From Flectonema sp. DT1601 (lineage: Eukaryota): a stretch of DNA of 64,000 nt. Made by a program: the position numbers and the translations under genes. The notes under the pieces are model-generated. The model was not told the origin of the DNA, made no database searches, and saw nothing but the letters and a program-made list of their open reading frames with translations. Positions 57,093 through 64,000 of this stretch are shown one piece after another. The DNA is taken from positions 558,001-622,000 of the forward strand of contig OZ025781.1 in assembly GCA_964019425.1 (NCBI GenBank), written 5' to 3'. How positions within the stretch are numbered: position 1 is the first letter of the stretch; each line of letters starts with the position of its first letter.

Positions 57093-60000
57093 TGTTTAAT
57101 GTTTTTTTTTTTTTTTTTTTTTTTTAATTTTTTTTTTTTTTGTATTTTTTATTTCTCCTTCTTCTGGCTTTGGCGAAACAGCCAAAAACGTGACCCTCCC
57201 TTGAATTCCCATCCGAAGTCCGTTGTGATCTCACACTGCGTCCGGATGTTGAAAACCCGTTTAAAAAAAAAGCTAGCAATTTTTTGTTTTTTTTTCGTTT
57301 GTTTGTTGAGCCAAAAAAATAATGTTGGCAGCACACGTAAACCTCCTTTCTGGTTCTCTCAGTTTCAGCCGGTTTCATGGTTTTGTGCACAAGCACATCC
57401 TGTATAGTTACTTCTTTTGGTTCTTTTGGTCTTCTTGAAGTTGGAGAAGAAACAATTCAGTTTAGGAGAACCGTTTTATTTATTGTGGTTAAAATGTTAT
57501 CTATTTCTTCTGTGCTGTCAGTATTACTGTCTTGTGATCAACGAAATTTTATTTCCCTTTCCATTTTATTATGGATTTTCTCCAATGAAATCTTACTACA
57601 GGGTGAGTTCCCTATCGTTAGTCGTTACTGACTGGGTTCTCTGTAGTATAAGATAAGTTTTTTTTTTTTTTTTTTTTTTTTTTGTCCCCATGGATGAAGG
57701 GGTATGGTGCAATAAAAAATAAAAAAAAAAAATAAAAGGCACAAATTACTTCTTTTTTTCTTTCTTTTTTTTTCTCTCTCTCCCTCTCTCTTTTGAGTTA
57801 GTTTCTTTTCTTCTTCTTTTTTATGTTTTATGATCCGTCACATGCATATCAGACTGCACTTTCTTTGCGAGAAAAAAAAAACTTAGTAATTAAAATCTCG
57901 ATGGTTTTTGAGATTGGTTCGCCGGTCTTATTATCCATTAGGGTGTTACTTTACAAGTTTTTATCCACTGGTTGGTTACTGTGGATTTTTTACAAATATC
58001 AAAAAAAATATAGTTTTTTTTTAATTTTTTTAATTTATTTTTTTTATATTTATTTCCTCCTTTCCTTAGGTTTTTTTGTTCTGTTAATGGGACACTGTGC
58101 TATGATTAGGATTATTAGCCTGTGTCTCGCCCAATGCTCATCCTGTGTTGCACAGGCTTAATTTTTTTTTTTTATTATTTTTTTTTTTTTTAGCACTGTC
58201 GGAGTTGTATAGCATTGTCACTTGAACTGGATTTTCAGTAAAAGCGACTCACTTGATTACATAATATGATTGTCTAAATGAATTTTTTTTTCATTGCGAG
58301 TTAAATTATCCCTTGCATTTTTTTATTGTAGGAACGCATTGCACTGGGATCCGTGACACAGATGGTAAATGTCATGCAGTGATTTTTATCGGTATTCCTT
58401 TTTTTTTTTTTTTTTTTTTTGGATTGTCTTATCCGACAAAACATATTACCATATACTCCAGCTATGTGAGTGATTTGAATGATATGAATTGATTGTGGTT
58501 TTTTTTTTTTTTTTTTTTTTTTTTGCTTTTGCTTTTCCGCGTTACACATCGCTACCAACATCAACGTTGTCTGCAATGCAGGCAATGTATTTGGTTACTA
58601 TTATCATTTTTTTTGAAGCCAATTTGGCTTCTTCACTGAAACTACCTTAAGTGTGGACGATATAAAGTTTCACTTCGTATTTCAGTTTAAATTTTTTTTT
58701 TTTTTAAAAAATTTTTTTTTAAATAAAAAAATTCCCAGGAAGAAAACTCAATGCTATAATTCTTTTGCTTTTCTTTCATCAGTTTTGCAGTGTTGTAAAC
58801 TACGCGGCATTTTCAAGCGATTCCTATTTTCTAAAAGTGTTTACTTACGTTGTTGTTGCCTCTGTAGCAAAATGTGCAATAAAATAGACTTACTCACTAT
58901 CTTTTGGTTTGGGGAATGGTCTGAAGAATAAGTTTTTTTAATTTTAGCCCCCCCGAAACCAACCATTATTTGTTTGTTGTTTGTTGTCTTACGAAATTTT
59001 TTGCATTTGATTTTCTTTTTGATTGACTGATAATTATAAATAATATCTTTTGGCTTCTGAGAAGCTCATCAAAGCACAATTTTGTGCTGGTTCTCCTTAC
59101 GTTGCGGAGGGTTGTAGTTTCGCGGTTTTGTTGTTTTTTTCTTTAAATAGGCTTCCTTCTGACTTGGACCCGTGAAGAAAACTTAGAAATTCACCATCTC
59201 GCAATTTTTATCATTTCACCTTTTTTTTTCCTTTTTTTTTTCTATTTAGTATACAAGTAGAACTTACGTAGAGGCTTTGTTTGTCTCATCTTGTTGGATG
59301 TTTATCTTGTACTTGCGCTCTCATTTCCTATCTGGTGGCTGCTTTTGCGGTGAGAGTTTCATGGCGGGGTTTCAGACCTCGATAATGCAGAGCTTTGCTG
59401 CTGTTTAATTAGTCTTCCGCTTCTTCCTATGAAGGACATCTATTTTTTTTCTTCTTTATTTAATTTATAATTTTTTTTTAATTTTTTTTTAAAATCTTTA
59501 AATGATGATCACTGTAGTTCAACAGCAGATTTAAAAAAAAAAAAAAAAGGACTTAAAAAATTAAAAGACATGCCAAGTTTACTGAAATTTCTTCATACAA
59601 AGAAATATTTGCTTTGTGTTTGTGGCTTTGTTGTTTCCGTCCACACAAAAAATATTTTGTACAGGTTGACTATGGATTTTTCCGTGCGTTAAATCTTTAA
59701 GCTTAGGTATCTTGAATTCTCTTTTTTCCCCCTCCCTCCCTCCCTTCTTCTTTTTTTTTTTTTTTTTGTTTAATTGACGTGTGCTACTACTACTACCTAC
59801 ATTATGATGAAATATCACAAAGAAGGATGTAGACAGTCGCACTAGATCTCAATACCAAAAAAACAAAAATATCTATCTTTTAGAGAACAAGCTCTCCATG
59901 GTAAACTATTATAAAGAGGAAAAGAAATATTCGGCCAAAGTGGAAGCATTGAAGTTACGAATCTCTTGATTTAGTATGCCCTGTGCCGAAACTAATAAGA

Positions 60001-60618
60001 AAATCTACTTGGATTAGGTTCAAGTCTACTACCGTAGTATTGAGTTCTCTCTGAGCTCTACTTAATAACTGATACTCGGTAGTCTGCTGGACTTACTGTC
60101 TATCTAATTCTAATTACATTCGTTAGAACGATAGCAACTTCAATATAGAATGAAGTCCCTTAGAACTTACTGATGAAGGACTAAAAAGGGACGAGTAGTA
60201 TAAGATCAAGGCTACCCTTTTGATGTTAGGAAACTGCAGAAATGAATACTTTTATTTTACTAATCTCTACTTTTTCTTATTCTCACTTTTCTGTTCTAAA
60301 ATTAATGATACTATCTAATTCTTATTACATTCGTTTTTTTTTTTTTTTTTTTTAAATTTTCCATGAACTCATACATATACTAATTATTGTTCCATAGTGC
60401 AAAGTGGAACAGCAGAAAAAAACAACGTGTGCGTGTGTGTCGTGTGTTTTTTTTTCTTGTTCTTTTTTTTTTTTTCTCCCTTAAATTATTCTTTTATTTG
60501 TATCTTTTAATGTAGTGCATTATTTTTATTAAAAAAAAAATTATTATATATTCGAACTAACATTTTGTGTGACTGCCGTGTAAATTTAAATAGAAGGAAG
60601 GTCTTGATAAGTGATATA

Positions 60619-61720
60619 TCTCGAAACCTAATAGTTGTTTCAAAAAGTACTAAGTTAAGCATCACCGTAGTCACCGTATCTTTAACAAATAAACGATATT
60701 TAGTCGGTGTGTTAAAATGATACAACAATATGTTAGTTTTTTTTTTTTTACAAAAAAGAAAGCAAACAACCAATCCACTTTGTGACTTGTCACTGTTTTA
60801 TATAAATATCACAATATAATTTATATATTTATATTATGTACTTTGGCTTTCATCGGAATTCCGGTGAGCTTTGGTATCGCCACCCGGAAAAAAAACTTGT
60901 CAGAATATTGTGTGCCGCCGCTACTAAAGTATTACCCTACTTGAGGTAGGTCACTCCACTGTGACGTACTTAACGTTGCTGTGTGTTTTTTTGTGTTCCC
61001 CTTTATTATCCACAACTTACTGTTTCATGTGTGGTTTGTAATATTCCAGGTTGCCGTTGGCCCAGGAAAAATTACATACCACTCATGCATATGTTTCTTT
61101 TATGTTACTAAACTAAACTAAACTAAACTATGTGCCGAAGCTCTTTCTGTCGGTTATCGTTCTTTCTTATTACTCTCTGCCATATTTTTCTTTGCCCTTC
61201 ATTTCAGATATTTTTTTTAAATGTTTTTTTTTCTTTTTTTTTTAAATAATAATCCGTCATTTCCCCAACTATCCTCTCAGGTTATACCGGGGATCGGGTT
61301 ATATATTTTTGCCCATTCATATCAGTTTAAAAACCTGTTATGTAATATTGATCATTTCAGCCTCCCCTCAGGTCTTCTTCGTCCTGTCAGTACGCAATGT
61401 GTTGGTCTTCCTTATCTATTTACATCTACTTGTTAATCCCCCCTCAGTGATCCACTAGTAGTGCATTATGAAGTAGTAATAATGATATAAACTAACACTC
61501 CAGTCATGCAAACTGGAGTGCTTCAGTCTTAATAATTGATTGACGTTACTTCTACACCATGACTGATGATGAGAGAATAGAGGTTAAAGAGGTATATGGA
61601 TTACTCTCGAAACCTAAATAGTTACTTTAAAAGGCTAAGTTAAGCATCACCATAGTTCACTGTATCCTTAACAGATGTTAAACTATCGTTATGTTAATGC
61701 GATACAAAACAGTTGTATTT
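60619..61720. repeat. Two copies of a ~110-bp dispersed repeat (family B); a third partial copy lies at ~34074-34150
   Basis: TCTCGAAACCTAA..TAGTT...CTAAGTTAAGCATCACC.TAGT.CAC.GTATC...GATACAA at ~60619-60735 and ~61605-61720. Confidence 0.8.
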
Positions 61721-61762
61721 TACAAATTCAAACATTCAAACCCCCCTCAGACCATACATCAA

Positions 61763-64000
61763 ATGGTTAAGATTTTCGAGAAATTAGGAATTGAGTTATT
61801 TGATGAATCGATTCCTCATTTATGGCGACGAGCAGCTGTTGGTGTTCTCATAAGTTGGTTAGTCTTGGCTATACCAATGGCAGTCCTCGCACCTAAATTA
61901 ATAAATGCTACGTCAATGAACTTCGTTCCTCCGAGTGGAAGCAAATCAGAAAAAGCCTCAGCAGCGATGAATAACTATTTCCCATCAGTTCAAAGTAGTA
62001 CGCAGATTGCTTTGTTTATTCAGGCAAAGGGAGATGGAAAAGTATACCCTGACAACCAAATGATCGCGAACTACACTCAAGAAGTGATCCAATCAATAAT
62101 TACCTACAATGAGTCTCATCCTGGCAAATGGCCTACTGTTATTGAAGCACGAGTAGCATCGGCATACGACTTGTACGGATATCCTGATGGTGCGAAAATT
62201 ATGCTTCCGAAAATCGCTCCTCATATTGTATCAAAAGACTCAAGTAGCACTATAATACTTGTTATGTTTACAGACCCTACTGGTACTACAGGGTTGTCAA
62301 TGACTTCAGGTTTGTTTTTGCAAGATTATGCATCTGATTTTAGAAAGAATGTCGTTCATGATTTGCGAAACTCAACAAGTCATTTTACTGTTAGAGCGAC
62401 TGGAATCACCATGGTTGGTATTGATGGATTGAACGGAGCAATAAAAGATATTGAACACAGCGATGTCATTATTATGCCTATCGCTTTCTTAATCTTCACT
62501 TACTATGTTCGTTCATTACGACTTCTGGTTCTTCCTCTTGTTACTCTTGGGCTTTCAATTGGATTCGCATTCGCTGTGGTGTATCCGATAGCTGAATTTT
62601 CATCGATGGAATTTTTTACTGTTACACCAAATACGATGATGTCTTGTTGTCTTGCGTTGTGTTTGGATTATAATTTATTTATATTAATGAGGTTTAGAGA
62701 ATCGATGGACCTAAACTTCACTGTTAGACACACTATTAAAACTATCTTATCGTATACCTGTTTTCATACAATTATCATCAGTGGATCCTTAATTACATTA
62801 GCGTGGTTTGGAATGTTGTTAATACCGGCCCAACCAATTCAGTCTCAGGGACTGGGAGCAGGTCTCGCAGTGTTCTGCGTCGTGTTAGTTAATTGCACTA
62901 TCACTCCTGCGATATTGACTATTTTCCCATCGTTTTTTAGAAAGAAAACGACGTTCTTGACACCTCTTGTAGAAAAGATATCCGGTCTCTGGATGACAGC
63001 TAAGTTGAAGTGTGGTTGTGGTAAACGTAAATACATTCTTATTGAAGCTGATGATGAAGAATCAGATGTTGAAATCAACACACAGAAACATCAACCGAAA
63101 GACAGGGTCAGCTCAGACCTAACAGGAACTAAACATGATATGTTGTCAGCTGAAAAAATAGAAGCACAAAACAATGATTTGTGGTACAAAATAGCGAATT
63201 TCGTTGAAAGGTACAGCTGGGGAGTTATTATTGTTGTCATCGCTGTCGGATCTCCTTGTTACATTCAATTACCAAATGTTGATACGAACCTCGATTTTTT
63301 TGAATTTTCGCCGAGAAATGCTCCGTCGGTAACAGCATGGAGAGACATGTCTGAAGATTTCTCTGCAGGTGCGTTCCTTCCATATTTCGTACTGATCACG
63401 TCACCTGATCCGAAAGGTCTTAAATCAGAAGAAGGTTACAAAGTTCTTAATGAATTCGTTGAACTAGTTATTAACGATACTAACTTAGGTGGATATTCCA
63501 ACCCACGAACATACCTCGAAGGTGTGACTCAAATACCAGTCCAAACTGGATGCTATGACGGAAATATTTCTGACTGGAATGGTCAGATTACATGGGATTA
63601 CTTATATAATAACAAGACTGGATTGATATCAGGCAAATGGCACAACAGGGGGATTCAATTTGAATGTAAAATTCTTGTCGAGCAACTGATGTCTCACCAG
63701 TTTGCTCCTTCAACAGCAGATCCAAAAAGTAAATCAGAATCGACTTTTTTTTTGTTATACACACCTTATCAACCAACTGGAAAAAACAGTACCGATCTAA
63801 TGAAGCAAATGGAAACGGTAATGGATAAATTCGAGGCTTTAAACCCTGGAATGAAAATATTTTTATCTGGAGGCAATACCATCTGCAGGGATTATAACAA
63901 AGTGATCGTTGATAGCACTCCGATAATGCTCGGGTGTATAATTGGTTTCGTCGCATTGGTAATTTTAATCGCTTTTAAATCCATTTTTTTACCAATTAGA
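61763..64000 (+). CDS. MMPL/YdfJ-family (RND superfamily) membrane protein, 3' partial; absent from the ORF track
   Basis: Manual translation (spot-checked): MVKIFEKLG..VLISWLVLAIP..PPSGSKSEKA..ATG..KDIEHSD..PIAFLIF..RSLRLLVLP..LDYNLFILMRFRE..SGSLI..AFKSIFLPIR, open at the window end. Confidence 0.88.
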   Translation, partial: MVKIFEKLGIELFDESIPHLWRRAAVGVLISWLVLAIPMAVLAPKLINATSMNFVPPSGSKSEKASAAMNNYFPSVQSSTQIALFIQAKGDGKVYPDNQMIANYTQEVIQSIITYNESHPGKWPTVIEARVASAYDLYGYPDGAKIMLPKIAPHIVSKDSSSTIILVMFTDPTGTTGLSMTSGLFLQDYASDFRKNVVHDLRNSTSHFTVRATGITMVGIDGLNGAIKDIEHSDVIIMPIAFLIFTYYVRSLRLLVLPLVTLGLSIGFAFAVVYPIAEFSSMEFFTVTPNTMMSCCLALCLDYNLFILMRFRESMDLNFTVRHTIKTILSYTCFHTIIISGSLITLAWFGMLLIPAQPIQSQGLGAGLAVFCVVLVNCTITPAILTIFPSFFRKKTTFLTPLVEKISGLWMTAKLKCGCGKRKYILIEADDEESDVEINTQKHQPKDRVSSDLTGTKHDMLSAEKIEAQNNDLWYKIANFVERYSWGVIIVVIAVGSPCYIQLPNVDTNLDFFEFSPRNAPSVTAWRDMSEDFSAGAFLPYFVLITSPDPKGLKSEEGYKVLNEFVELVINDTNLGGYSNPRTYLEGVTQIPVQTGCYDGNISDWNGQITWDYLYNNKTGLISGKWHNRGIQFECKILVEQLMSHQFAPSTADPKSKSESTFFLLYTPYQPTGKNSTDLMKQMETVMDKFEALNPGMKIFLSGGNTICRDYNKVIVDSTPIMLGCIIGFVALVILIAFKSIFLPIR

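Overview
AT-rich eukaryotic (protist) genomic DNA. It is most likely euglenozoan and probably a diplonemid; this is an inference from all genes lying on one strand, short GT-AG introns, AG acceptors just upstream of start codons, euglenozoan-style LSU rRNA motifs, and the PTAV-mucin, EGF-repeat and LRR families. The first 5.8 kb is an apparently intact, GC-rich APE-type non-LTR retrotransposon inserted into an LRR-repeat gene. Its ORF1 and ORF2 are in the same frame, separated by one TGA that is followed by a 2A/StopGo motif (GDVERNPGP), and ORF2 ends in three copies of an unusual Cys/His repeat. About 17 host genes follow, all on the + strand: an NLR-like TPR protein, PIGN, a FAM228-like protein, a DHHC palmitoyltransferase, a carnitine-acyltransferase-like protein, an EGF-repeat/TM/RCC1 receptor-like protein, BOP1, an EF-hand K+ channel, a PH/5xUBA protein, a claudin/amastin-like protein, a MYND fragment, HDDC2, CFAP299, SPCS3, a protein kinase, a giant PTAV mucin-multi-TM protein, and a partial MMPL transporter. 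Intergenic DNA holds a 1.2-kb element with 47-bp terminal inverted repeats that carries an LSU rRNA fragment and tRNA-like sequences, two more dispersed LSU rRNA fragments, a 163-bp insertion with a 15-bp target-site duplication, and several small repeat families. All domain calls come from manual motif recognition; no searches were run.
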